Positions 1 through 8,302 of a stretch of DNA of 49,516 nt are shown here, in pieces (within the stretch, counting starts at the first letter, position 1; the number at the start of each line of letters is the position of its first letter). Origin of the DNA: an uncultured Bacilli bacterium. Its GTDB lineage: Bacteria > Bacillota_I > Bacilli_A > RFN20 > CAG-826. The position numbers were made by a program, and so were the translations under genes. The stretch lies in contig CAJOML010000010.1 of assembly GCA_905235705.1 (NCBI GenBank), positions 1-49,516 on the forward strand, in the 5' to 3' direction. The notes beneath the pieces are model-generated. The model was given only the letters and a program-made list of their open reading frames with translations. It ran no database searches and was not told the DNA's origin.

Positions 1-107
1 AAGATACAGGACGTGGAAAAAGGCTAAAAAATCAAAATAGTTCCGATGAAATCGAATTGAAAATCACGAATGTGCACCTTTTGCCTTTTTTCTTTATAAT
101 AGCCATC

Positions 108-617
108 ATGGAAACAATCTCGATTGCCTCACTAGGAAAACCATTTGGCATTAAAGGCGAAGTCGTCGCCTATTTGATGACCGACTTCCCCGAACTCCGT
201 TTCAAAAAAGGACGGACATATTATTTTGTTAATGCCAAAGACGAAATCGTCAAAGAAGTCACCTTGGCTTCTTTCCGCCCAAACGGGAACACCCTCATCC
301 TAAGATTCAATGAAATCCCCACCCCCGAAGAAATCGCGGAATACCGCAACCATTATCTTAATATTAGCCGCGAAGAAGCCCCCTTGCCAAAAGGGGCCAT
401 CCGTTATGCCGATATCATTGGCTTTGCCTTGGTTAACGAAGAAGGCAAACCTTTGGGTGAATTGATCGAAGTAGTCACTTATTCCCCCACTCCGAATCTA
501 AAAGCCAAAAAGGAAGACGGAAAAATCTTTTATGTCCCGTTCAATGATTTCTTTGTGAAAAAAGTCGATGAGGAAAATAAACAAATCATCATCCATGAAA
601 TCGGAGGGTTAGTATGA
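108..617 (+). CDS. rimM: 16S rRNA processing protein RimM
   Basis: N-terminus METISIASLGKPFGIKGEV matches the RimM signature. Sits directly upstream of trmD with an ATGA overlap. I trimmed the ORF track's TTG start at 57 to the ATG at 108. No Shine-Dalgarno (SD); TATAAT at 95-100. Confidence 0.85.
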   Translation: METISIASLGKPFGIKGEVVAYLMTDFPELRFKKGRTYYFVNAKDEIVKEVTLASFRPNGNTLILRFNEIPTPEEIAEYRNHYLNISREEAPLPKGAIRYADIIGFALVNEEGKPLGELIEVVTYSPTPNLKAKKEDGKIFYVPFNDFFVKKVDEENKQIIIHEIGGLV

Positions 618-1384
618 AGATCACCGTATTGACTCTTTTCCCTTCGATGTTTGATGGATTCAAAACCAATTCCATTATCAAACGGGCAATCGGCAAAGGG
701 GTGGTCGAATTTGAAGCCATCGATATCCGTGCCTACACCAAAGATAAATATGGTAGAACCGATACCCCACCTATTGGAGGAGGGGCTGGCTTAGTCCAAA
801 AAGCACAACCGATTGTCGATGCCATCCACGCCGTCAAAAGCGAAAATAGTCATGTTGTCTTAATGTCGCCTAGAGGTCATACCTTTGATCAAAAAACTGC
901 CGAAAGGTTTGCAAAACTCGATCATTTAATCCTAGTTTGCGGACATTATGAAGGCGTGGACGAGCGCGTGAATGATTATTGCGACGAATTAATTTCAATC
1001 GGCGACTATATCTTAACCGGAGGGGAAATCCCTTCTATGGCGATCGCCGATTCGGTCATCCGCCTTCTTGATGGGGCTATCTCTAAGGACTCCTTAAATT
1101 CCGAATCTTTCGATAATGATCTCCTTGAATATCCCCAATATACGGAGCCTAGGGAATTCGAAGGATCGAAGGTCCCCGATATCCTCTATAGCGGAAATCA
1201 CACCGCCATTGAAAAATGGAGAAGGAAACAATCCCTTTCCCTGACAAGGCAATATCGCCCTGACCTATTTGCCAAGGTCCCTTTATCCAAAGCGGATAAA
1301 AAACTCCTTGATGAACTCGAATCCGAAGAAACCCCAAAATGGGAACTCGATGCCATCGAAAAAGGGAAGAAATTCATGAAATAA
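614..1384 (+). CDS. trmD: tRNA (guanine37-N1)-methyltransferase TrmD
   Basis: Full-length match by eye: SPRGHTFDQ, VCGHYEGVDERV, LTGGEIPSMAI. Canonical rimM-trmD order. Confidence 0.95.
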   Translation: MKITVLTLFPSMFDGFKTNSIIKRAIGKGVVEFEAIDIRAYTKDKYGRTDTPPIGGGAGLVQKAQPIVDAIHAVKSENSHVVLMSPRGHTFDQKTAERFAKLDHLILVCGHYEGVDERVNDYCDELISIGDYILTGGEIPSMAIADSVIRLLDGAISKDSLNSESFDNDLLEYPQYTEPREFEGSKVPDILYSGNHTAIEKWRRKQSLSLTRQYRPDLFAKVPLSKADKKLLDELESEETPKWELDAIEKGKKFMK

Positions 1385-1406
1385 AAGCTGCCCGCGGGCA
1401 GCTTTT
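1383..1406. terminator. bidirectional rho-independent terminator between trmD (+) and lemA (-)
   Basis: Perfect palindrome AAAAGCTGCCCG/CGGGCAGCTTTT: GC-rich stem with an A-run on one side and a T-run on the other. Confidence 0.8.
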
Positions 1407-1425
1407 AGATTACTCGAATTCTTAA

Positions 1426-2097
1426 TTAGAAGAAGACGGCTTCGCTTTGGGCCTTCATTTCGCTCGAAGCGATGAAGGGGATGCGGGTGGTGTAACCGGC
1501 TTTGGCGGCGACAACCATCTTAGCGGGCCAGTTGAAGATTTCGGTGTTCCAGCGATTGACGGCATCGTTATAAAGTTCCCTGGCAGCAGTGATTTCTTGC
1601 TGGAGGTAGCTATTTTGTCTCATCGCATCGGCGATCTCGGCATGGGCGCGAAGATCGGGATAGTTCTCGAAAGCGACGTTGATGTTACGTTCGACATCGC
1701 CAAGTTTTTGGGAAAGTTCGTTACGCGCTTCATCGTTTTCCCCATTGGCACCGCTGCGGAGACGGGCGATTTCGGTGAAGGTTTCCTTATCAAGGGTGAT
1801 CGCCTTGTCCAACAACTTCGCGGTATTTTGCAAGACGATAACACGCTGAACTTGATAGTTGTCGATGGTAGAAGCGGCCCGTTGGATGTTTTGCTGGAGC
1901 TGTTGGAGATAACCTCTGGCGCGGGCTTTGATGATGGTGTAGATAACACCTGGGAGAATCCCTAAGACCCAGAGAATGATTTCGAAGATCGTTGAACCGA
2001 CGCCGACTTTGACGGGGACCTTTTTGTCGATGACATGAACGTCACGTCCGGTTTGGTTGACGTAGCTGGAATCAGTTTCGTCTAATTCGTTAGCCAT
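1426..2097 (-). CDS. lemA: LemA family membrane protein
   Basis: One TM helix (STIFEIILWVLGILPGVIYTII) followed by a LemA-like helical domain (NYQVQRV...FENYPDLRA...ELYNDAVNRWN). Start trimmed to MANELD at 2097, which has GGAGGA upstream. Confidence 0.85.
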   Translation of the reverse strand: MANELDETDSSYVNQTGRDVHVIDKKVPVKVGVGSTIFEIILWVLGILPGVIYTIIKARARGYLQQLQQNIQRAASTIDNYQVQRVIVLQNTAKLLDKAITLDKETFTEIARLRSGANGENDEARNELSQKLGDVERNINVAFENYPDLRAHAEIADAMRQNSYLQQEITAARELYNDAVNRWNTEIFNWPAKMVVAAKAGYTTRIPFIASSEMKAQSEAVFF

Positions 2098-2246
2098 AAA
2101 TTTGTCCTCCTTGGATAACTTTGAATATTGTAACAAGGTTTTTAACGTTTCTCCATACCTGCGCGTGTGGAATTGACATTTTGCGAATTTTACAAAAATC
2201 ACAAAAAGATTAAAAATTTTTGCTCTTTGAGCAACTTTTTCAAAAA

Positions 2247-2297
2247 TGTAAAAAGGTGTAAATTTTTGTTTACATCTATTTTAATTTTGCCTAGACT
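2247..2297 (+). promoter_or_regulatory. putative promoter (TTTACA-17-TAGACT) overlapped by TGTAAA repeats and an inverted repeat
   Basis: TGTAAA at 2247-2252 and 2257-2262. TGTAAA-N6-TTTACA inverted repeat at 2257-2274, whose right arm is the -35 hexamer. -10 TAGACT at 2292-2297. Strong SD (TAAGGAGG) before the ATG at 2319. Confidence 0.45.
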
Positions 2298-2318
2298 GGA
2301 GACGTAAGGAGGAAACGC

Positions 2319-2624
2319 ATGGTCACCAACTACATCACCATCACCGAGTTATCTAACTTAACCGGGAAATCGCGGCCAACCTTATATAAATACATTTCCG
2401 CCTTCGAAGCGGGCGAAACCTCCGATATCCCCTATGCCTTCGTCAAACTATTCGAATTGGTCGAAGAGAGCAAAGGCAAGAAAAGCGAAATCGGAAAATT
2501 CTGCTCCGCCCAATTCGGAAACCAAGGAAAGGCCAAACCCTTAATTGAATTCATCCAATCTCACGAAGACAAAATCGATCCTGAAAAGGCCATCGAATTA
2601 TTAAAGAAGGAGTTCTCATTATGA
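2319..2624 (+). CDS. small helix-turn-helix protein, function unknown
   Basis: 101 aa. The N-terminal ITITELSNLTGKSRPTLYKYI reads as an HTH. Strong SD. ATGA overlap with the next gene. Confidence 0.6.
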   Translation: MVTNYITITELSNLTGKSRPTLYKYISAFEAGETSDIPYAFVKLFELVEESKGKKSEIGKFCSAQFGNQGKAKPLIEFIQSHEDKIDPEKAIELLKKEFSL

Positions 2625-3583
2625 ACGAAATCGAAAAAAGAACCATGAACGATGACGAATTGTTAAACCACATCCGTTTGCTTCGTCTTAACGAGGCCAA
2701 GAAATATCTCTCCTCCCAAATCCAAAAAGGCGAGAAGGAAGAAGAGGCAAGCACTTGGAAAAAAGTCGAGATCTTCTTCTCCCGTCAAAACAACAAAATC
2801 CATAACTACGAAGACCGCCTTGCCAAAACCGAGGTCGCGATCGCTAAAATCGAAGGTGAATATCCTAACCCCTTCACCGACGAAGAAGCCATCGATTATG
2901 TCGAAGAACGTTTCTCCAAAGAAGGAAACGAAATCGCCAAGCTTCTCTTCGCCGTTAAAATCATCATGGATAACGAAGTGAAATTCGAACGTGAGCAAGA
3001 TGGCTTAAAAGTCGCTTCCACCTTCTTCTATGGGGATCCCAATAAGTTATTAAATCTCCGCAAAAAGCTCGCCAATTATTATCGAGATCTTGCTTCTGCC
3101 GAGATTGGCCCAGAAGAAAAAACAGCCCTCATTGCCATTGCTGCGATTGGCTTGACCGCCTCCTTTGTCGTTCCGGCCGCTGCGGCCCCAGCCATCGTCG
3201 CTTCTTCGCTCGGGGCTAAAATCGCCACACTTTCGGTCGCTATGGCAGCCGGATGCTTATTGACCGCTTCGATGGTCGGTGGGGCTTACTTCCTTTTAGA
3301 TGAGACTAACCGCATCGCCGCTAAACGCGAATTCCTCTCCTTCACGCCCGAACGCCAAGCCCTTACCCTAGCGATGGAACTTCTCGTTGTCGATGAGATG
3401 AAATCCGTCTTAGGCGGGGAAGATTTTAAGGAGAAACTAGATTCCATCTTGAAGACCCTCGCGGAATTTAAAGGCGATATCGATTACCTTCTGTTTGTGG
3501 AGAAGCAAAACACTTCCGATAACCGCGATAAGCTCACCCAGTTCCACCGCTTCGACAAGAAGATGTTACAAATTCTCTACTAA
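2621..3583 (+). CDS. uncharacterised membrane protein (charged N-terminal domain, Ala/Gly-rich TM hairpin, soluble C-terminal domain)
   Basis: 320 aa. Hydrophobic segment TALIAIAAIGLTASFVVPAAAAPAIVASSLGAKIATLSVAMAAGCLLTASMVGGAYFLL lies between two hydrophilic regions. I recognise no family motif. Translationally coupled to the HTH gene. Confidence 0.6.
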   Translation: MNEIEKRTMNDDELLNHIRLLRLNEAKKYLSSQIQKGEKEEEASTWKKVEIFFSRQNNKIHNYEDRLAKTEVAIAKIEGEYPNPFTDEEAIDYVEERFSKEGNEIAKLLFAVKIIMDNEVKFEREQDGLKVASTFFYGDPNKLLNLRKKLANYYRDLASAEIGPEEKTALIAIAAIGLTASFVVPAAAAPAIVASSLGAKIATLSVAMAAGCLLTASMVGGAYFLLDETNRIAAKREFLSFTPERQALTLAMELLVVDEMKSVLGGEDFKEKLDSILKTLAEFKGDIDYLLFVEKQNTSDNRDKLTQFHRFDKKMLQILY

Positions 3584-3606
3584 TCGGCCTTCGGGTCGAT
3601 TTTTTA
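3583..3606 (+). terminator. rho-independent terminator of the HTH/membrane-protein pair
   Basis: ATCGGCC-TTCG-GGTCGAT stem-loop followed by TTTTT, beginning in the stop codon. Confidence 0.7.
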
Positions 3607-3620
3607 ATCTCCTCTTAGGG

Positions 3621-3650
3621 CAAAATGAAAAGGCAGGGTCATCCCCGCCC
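3621..3650 (-). terminator. terminator of the small membrane-protein gene
   Basis: Minus strand reads GGCGGGG-AUGA-CCCUGCC followed by UUUUCAUUUU. Confidence 0.6.
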
Positions 3651-3668
3651 TCATCTTCTTCTAGGCAA

Positions 3669-3884
3669 TTAGTTGCTAGCGGTGTCGACTAAGAAAAGGA
3701 TCTCGCCGACTAAAGAAACGAAAAGAAGCGTGCACACGCCAAAGGCAATCGACACTTCGGTGTTATCCTTATAGGCGCGATAGGCGTGCACTGTCATTGG
3801 GATGCACCAGAATAACGGAAAAATCGCCAATCCAGCATGGATGGTCCCGATTAAGCAAAAGATAAAGGCTGCAAGTTTCATCAT
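3669..3884 (-). CDS. small membrane protein (71 aa), unknown function
   Basis: Two predicted TM helices, SD AAAGGGA upstream, own terminator. Confidence 0.55.
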   Translation of the reverse strand: MMKLAAFIFCLIGTIHAGLAIFPLFWCIPMTVHAYRAYKDNTEVSIAFGVCTLLFVSLVGEILFLVDTASN

Positions 3885-4028
3885 TAATCCCTTTCTAATA
3901 AGGAATTTATATTCAATGAGGTTTCCAAATCTATATCCAATTTATCCCGTAAATTTATAAAGAGGTGAATCTTCTTTTTTGTCTTTTCTTAGCGGGGTGA
4001 TAATATTCCCGCGAAAGAGGTTATATCC

Positions 4029-5510
4029 ATGAGCGAAGCATTTAAAAAAGTCATCCCATTCTTAGAAAAGAAACGTAAACTCGGTCATCTTCTTGGCATT
4101 ATTAGTTTCGATGTCGAAACGATTGCCCCGGAAAAAGGTATCGAAGCCCAAAACGATTTACTTAACGAATATGGGGCGGAATATGCCGCCATCGCCCAAG
4201 ACCCCGCCTATATCGAAGCCGTCAAAGCAGCCAAAGAAGAAGGCGGACTTAACGAAGCCCAAAACCTTCTTATCGAGGATGCTTTGGAGCAAATCGAGTT
4301 CATGTCCAAAATCGATATGGACACCTATATCCGTTGGAGCAAGGTCAGCGCCAAATGCGGGGAAGTCTGGAAAAAAGCCAAAAACGCTTCCTCCTGGGAA
4401 ATGGTAAAACCTTATTTTGCCGCGCTTGTGGAAGCGAAAAAAGAAGAAGCCAAATTGCTTCATAAGCCTTTCCATAAGACCGCTTATGACGCTTTCCTCG
4501 ACCAATACGAAAAAGGGCAGACCCAAGAAGATATCGACCGTGTTTTCACACCTTTGAAACGCTTCTTGATCGAAAACATTCCCCTTGTCCTAGAAAAGCA
4601 ATCCAAGCTGGACATGCCTAAGATTTTGCCTCACGACAAAGATAGCCAAGCCCATCTTTCCATCGGTTTATTAAAAGCCATCGGTTACGATTTAAGCCGT
4701 GGCGCCATCGCCGAAACCGAGCACCCCTTCTCCAACGATATCGCGCGAAACGACTGCCGCGTGACGACCCATTATTATGAATCCGATTGGCGTTCTTCGA
4801 TGTATTCGGTAATCCACGAAGGCGGCCATTCCATCCAGTTCCAAGGTTGGGGCGATTATCATTATGATAATTATGTCGAAGGAAGGGCCTCCGCCGCCTT
4901 GTGTGAGACCCATTCTCGATTCTACGAAAACCTCATCGGGCGTAGTAAAGCCTTTGCCCCCATCTTATTAGGCTTATGCAAAGAACATCTCAAAGGCGAA
5001 TTCCTCACGATGAGCGAAGAACAATTCTATAACACGGTTAATGAAGTTAGCCGTGGCTTAATCCGTACCGAAAGCGACGAATTCACTTATTGCCTCCATA
5101 TCATCATCCGTTATGAACTTGAACGTGATTTGATTAACGGCCTAATCGACGTCGATCACATCAAAGATGCCTGGAATCAAAAATATAAAGAATATCTTGG
5201 CGTCGAAGTTCCTGATGATGCGCATGGAATCCTTCAGGATGTGCACTGGTTTAGCGGCTCTTTCGGCTATTTCCCTTCCTATGCCTTAGGCAATATGTAT
5301 GGGGTCCAAATCATGGCCAAAATGAAAGAAAGCCTTCCCGTGGATAAGCTCCTTAAGGAAGGCGATGTCGAACCCATTCGCGCCTATTTGGCATCCAATG
5401 ATTTCGCCTTTGACTACCTTAATCCGAAAGAATGGATTAAGAAGGTAAGCGGCGAAGAAATGAATCCGTCTTATTATGTCTCTTATCTAAAAGAGAAATT
5501 CATCGATTAA
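4029..5510 (+). CDS. M32 family metallocarboxypeptidase (Taq-type)
   Basis: M32 motif set present: EHPFS, DCRVTT, HEGGH (HExxH), IRTESDE, GILQDVHW. Confidence 0.9.
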   Translation: MSEAFKKVIPFLEKKRKLGHLLGIISFDVETIAPEKGIEAQNDLLNEYGAEYAAIAQDPAYIEAVKAAKEEGGLNEAQNLLIEDALEQIEFMSKIDMDTYIRWSKVSAKCGEVWKKAKNASSWEMVKPYFAALVEAKKEEAKLLHKPFHKTAYDAFLDQYEKGQTQEDIDRVFTPLKRFLIENIPLVLEKQSKLDMPKILPHDKDSQAHLSIGLLKAIGYDLSRGAIAETEHPFSNDIARNDCRVTTHYYESDWRSSMYSVIHEGGHSIQFQGWGDYHYDNYVEGRASAALCETHSRFYENLIGRSKAFAPILLGLCKEHLKGEFLTMSEEQFYNTVNEVSRGLIRTESDEFTYCLHIIIRYELERDLINGLIDVDHIKDAWNQKYKEYLGVEVPDDAHGILQDVHWFSGSFGYFPSYALGNMYGVQIMAKMKESLPVDKLLKEGDVEPIRAYLASNDFAFDYLNPKEWIKKVSGEEMNPSYYVSYLKEKFID

Positions 5511-7213
5511 TCGATTTGGTAGCTCTTCAAAACCTTGAGCAAAGGCTTGACGCTCTTTTCAAGAACCCCAGGTAAGAAGGGATCTTTCATGCCGTCTTTG
5601 GTGACGAGTTCGCGGAAAGGATATTTGCCACCCATCTTGCAGATTTTGACATATTTCTTCCAGGCGAGTTCATGGTTTTTGCGGTCGAGGTTAAAGAACT
5701 GGAAGGCCATGACTTGGGCAAGGGTGTAGTCGATGTAATAGAAGGGGCTAGAGAAGATGTGTCCCTGCACTAACCAGCGATGACCCTTCGCTAAGAATTC
5801 GCAATCTTTATAGACTTCCCTCTTATAGGGAGTGTATTTTTCTTCGAGTTCGCACCACTTCTGGTCTCTTTCGTCGGGGGTGGCGTTAGGATGGCTATAG
5901 ACCCATTCTTGGAATTCGTCGACGGTTACCCCATAAGGGAGGAAGGAAATGGCATCGGCAAGATGCATATAACGATATTTTTCGGCGTTATCGAAGAAAC
6001 GGTCCATGTAGGGATGGGCGAAAAATTCCATCGACATGGAATCGATTTCGGCGGCATCCATGGTGCCGGTGCGATATTCGGGGATTTTGATATCCTTGCC
6101 CATAAAGCCTTGGAAGGAATGGCCGAATTCATGGGTGAGAACATCGACGTCTCCGCTGGTGCCATTGAAATTAGAGAAAATAAACGGTGTCCCATAGATG
6201 GGGAAATAGGTCATGTAACCACCGCTTTGTTTGCCAGCCCTGGCTTCTAAATCCAAAACATGGTGTTCGGCCATGAAGCGGAAGCATTCGGAAGTCTCTT
6301 TCGACATTTCGTCATACATGCCTTGGGCAGTCTCGATCTTTTCTTGGGTGGTGCCTTTGGGGGTGGGGTTACCATCTTTAAAGACAACGGACATGTCATA
6401 AATATGAGGGTCTTTGATGGCGGTCCGCTTGAATTGTTCTTTCAGCAATTTACCAGCGATCGGCGTAACGACACGGGCGATCTCATCGCGGTAGAATTTC
6501 ACATCCTCGGGGGTGTAGTCATAACGGCCCATCCTAAGATAGCCTAAGGCAACATAATTCTCGAAACCAAGCTTTTTTGCCATCTTGTCGCGAAGTTTGA
6601 CAAGCTGGTCATAGATGTTTTCGATTTCCTCCTCTTTCGCAGACATCGCTTCATAATACGCTTTGGAGGCTTCTTTCCTCGTTTCACGGTCTTTGTCTTG
6701 TAAGAACTTGCCCATTTGAGGGAGGTTATAGGTTTGCCCGCGGAATTCGACTTTGATGGAGGCGATTAAAGCCCCATATTGCATGGAAAGGCGGTTTTCT
6801 TCGACTGCCTCTTCGACGATTCGTTCATCGAAACTGCGGAGATTATAGTCATACATCTTAAACAAGAATGACCCGAGTTTCTTTTCTAAATAAGGACGAT
6901 ACGGGGAAGATAGAAGCGCCTTTTGAAAATTAACGTCGGCATTTTGAATTAAGGGCATACCCTCATTCATCTTGTTCATCGCCTTTTCATATTTCTTATT
7001 GGTCGTGTCTAAGGAATATAAAACCTCGATATGGGTCGCTTCATTGGAAAGCTTATCGCTAAGTTTAATCCGTTTCTTAACGATGGCATAAGCCTCCTTC
7101 TCGTCTTTGGCTTGTTTTAGATTTTCGGTTAAGGCTTCGATTTTGGCGACTTCTTTGGCAAAGGAAGGAACCTTAAAAGGCCATTGCTCAAATACTGGGA
7201 TTTGTTTTTGCAT
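5507..7213 (-). CDS. pepF: M3B family oligoendopeptidase F
   Basis: 568 aa with the HEFGH zinc motif and PepF-like overall layout. Confidence 0.9.
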   Translation of the reverse strand: MQKQIPVFEQWPFKVPSFAKEVAKIEALTENLKQAKDEKEAYAIVKKRIKLSDKLSNEATHIEVLYSLDTTNKKYEKAMNKMNEGMPLIQNADVNFQKALLSSPYRPYLEKKLGSFLFKMYDYNLRSFDERIVEEAVEENRLSMQYGALIASIKVEFRGQTYNLPQMGKFLQDKDRETRKEASKAYYEAMSAKEEEIENIYDQLVKLRDKMAKKLGFENYVALGYLRMGRYDYTPEDVKFYRDEIARVVTPIAGKLLKEQFKRTAIKDPHIYDMSVVFKDGNPTPKGTTQEKIETAQGMYDEMSKETSECFRFMAEHHVLDLEARAGKQSGGYMTYFPIYGTPFIFSNFNGTSGDVDVLTHEFGHSFQGFMGKDIKIPEYRTGTMDAAEIDSMSMEFFAHPYMDRFFDNAEKYRYMHLADAISFLPYGVTVDEFQEWVYSHPNATPDERDQKWCELEEKYTPYKREVYKDCEFLAKGHRWLVQGHIFSSPFYYIDYTLAQVMAFQFFNLDRKNHELAWKKYVKICKMGGKYPFRELVTKDGMKDPFLPGVLEKSVKPLLKVLKSYQID

Positions 7214-7215
7214 AA

Positions 7216-7584
7216 TTAATCCTTTCTAATAAAAGGTGGAACGCTCTTTTTCCCCTTGATGGGCTTAGCGGCAAATCTCTCTTTCACCTCTTCATAAACG
7301 GCTTTGCCTTTTGGCGAAAGGGAAAGGAAATAAACGCCCCACTCATCGTTATAGGTTTGAAGGAAGTAGCCATATCTAACTAGCTGGGTAATGGCGGCTT
7401 TCCCTTGCCTTGAACCAAGCGAGGTCAAGATGCCAAATCTTGGCAACTGGGTTAAGTCTTCTTCCTTTACTTCGCCTTTGACAAAGGCCAAAAGAGAATC
7501 GGCATAAGGAACCACCCCCACGGATTCAATATCCCCGAGGGCAGCGATGATTTTCTTCAGTCTTGGGGTAAGAGTTAATTCCAT
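7216..7584 (-). CDS. small basic protein, possibly winged-helix (RQC-like) DNA-binding; function unknown
   Basis: 122 aa, 2 nt upstream of pepF. The pattern GKAAITQLVRYGYF...LSLSPKG suggests a winged helix. No SD; TATAAT lies 8 nt upstream of the ATG. Confidence 0.5.
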   Translation of the reverse strand: MELTLTPRLKKIIAALGDIESVGVVPYADSLLAFVKGEVKEEDLTQLPRFGILTSLGSRQGKAAITQLVRYGYFLQTYNDEWGVYFLSLSPKGKAVYEEVKERFAAKPIKGKKSVPPFIRKD

Positions 7585-7615
7585 CGGGAAGTATTATAAA
7601 AACAAATCACTTTTG

Positions 7616-7644
7616 TTGAAACCAAAACACAAGGTGACTACAAT
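7616..7644 (+). promoter_or_regulatory. sigma70-type promoter TTGAAA-17-TACAAT for nfu
   Basis: -35 at 7616-7621 and -10 at 7639-7644. Only 8 nt (ACACGGGC) separate the -10 from the ATG at 7653, and there is no SD. Confidence 0.5.
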
Positions 7645-7652
7645 ACACGGGC

Positions 7653-7943
7653 ATGAACGAAGAAGAAACCATTAAGGCCATTGAAGCCACATTAGATAAA
7701 ATCCGCCCCTTCCTTAACCGTGATGGAGGTGATGTCGATTTCGTCGGATTACGCGACGGGATCGTTTACATTTCCATGGTAGGGGCCTGTGAAGGATGCT
7801 CCTATGCCCAAGAGGATATCTCCTCCGGGGTGGAAATCATTTTGATGGAAGAAGTGCCTGGCGTTATCGCCGTAAGGACGGAAGGAGTCCCCGCCGATAT
7901 GCTAAGCGAATACATCACCCGTAAAGCCAAAGCGGCAAAATAA
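7653..7943 (+). CDS. nfu: NifU-C-terminal-domain (Nfu-type) Fe-S cluster carrier
   Basis: 96 aa. LRDGIVYISMVGACEGCSYA carries the CxxC motif typical of Nfu. Confidence 0.85.
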   Translation: MNEEETIKAIEATLDKIRPFLNRDGGDVDFVGLRDGIVYISMVGACEGCSYAQEDISSGVEIILMEEVPGVIAVRTEGVPADMLSEYITRKAKAAK

Positions 7944-7956
7944 AATCGACAAAATA

Positions 7957-7990
7957 AAAATCATCCTCCAAGGAAGCGGGGATGATTTTT
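7957..7990. terminator. bidirectional terminator between nfu and the convergent small membrane gene
   Basis: AAAATCATCC ... GGATGATTTT hairpin with A/T runs on both sides. Confidence 0.7.
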
Positions 7991-7999
7991 ACTTTCGGC

Positions 8000-8236
8000 T
8001 TATTCCTTAAACCAGCAGATACGTCCGGTGAGGATGATGAAGACGAGATCGCAGATCCAGCCGATGAATCCAGCAAAGATGATCCAGACGACGGCAAGAA
8101 CGATATGAAGAATGTTCTTGTTGGCGATGGCGCCGCCTAAACGATAGACACCCCAGAGGATATCAACGATGGGCAAGCAGAAAAGGATCTTAACAAGGCG
8201 GGAACGTTCGTCCATCCATTTGCAAAATGCTTTCAT
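8000..8236 (-). CDS. small membrane protein (78 aa), unknown function
   Basis: Start trimmed to MKAFCKWMDE, which has AAGGAGG upstream. Two TM helices. Confidence 0.55.
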   Translation of the reverse strand: MKAFCKWMDERSRLVKILFCLPIVDILWGVYRLGGAIANKNILHIVLAVVWIIFAGFIGWICDLVFIILTGRICWFKE

Positions 8237-8302
8237 GGTTTTTGCCTCCTTACGGCAACAAGATATATACAAATGAGCAAAAATGCAAAGGTATTTTTTG
8301 CC

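Noticed and set aside
1-27. A possible 3' end of an upstream gene (...KIQDVEKG, stop at 25-27), which could be the KH-domain or rpsP neighbour of rimM.
   Set aside because: Eight codons are too few to support any call.
57-107. N-terminal extensions offered by the ORF track. They affect rimM 57, lemA 2202, the membrane gene 8368, argS 12493, ychF 14068, csp 14411, rny 27012, pgsA 30623, nth 33499, hup 35064, cmk 37066, ribU 38462, sufU 44648 and sufC 47352.
   Set aside because: In each case an internal ATG preceded by an SD (or a -10 box) coincides with the conserved N-terminus of the family. The extension either overlaps the upstream gene or regulatory RNA, or starts at a non-ATG codon.
1447-1965. 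A long antisense ORF opposite lemA. Similar shadow ORFs occur throughout the track, for example 2663-2998, 8233-8652, 13587-13958, 26316-26729, 28791-29204, 34684-34971 and 48044-48442.
   Set aside because: Each lies entirely inside, and antisense or out of frame to, a gene with clear family motifs. Their translations are low-complexity (S/P/R/G-rich), lack SD sequences, and resemble the usual frame shadows of coding DNA.
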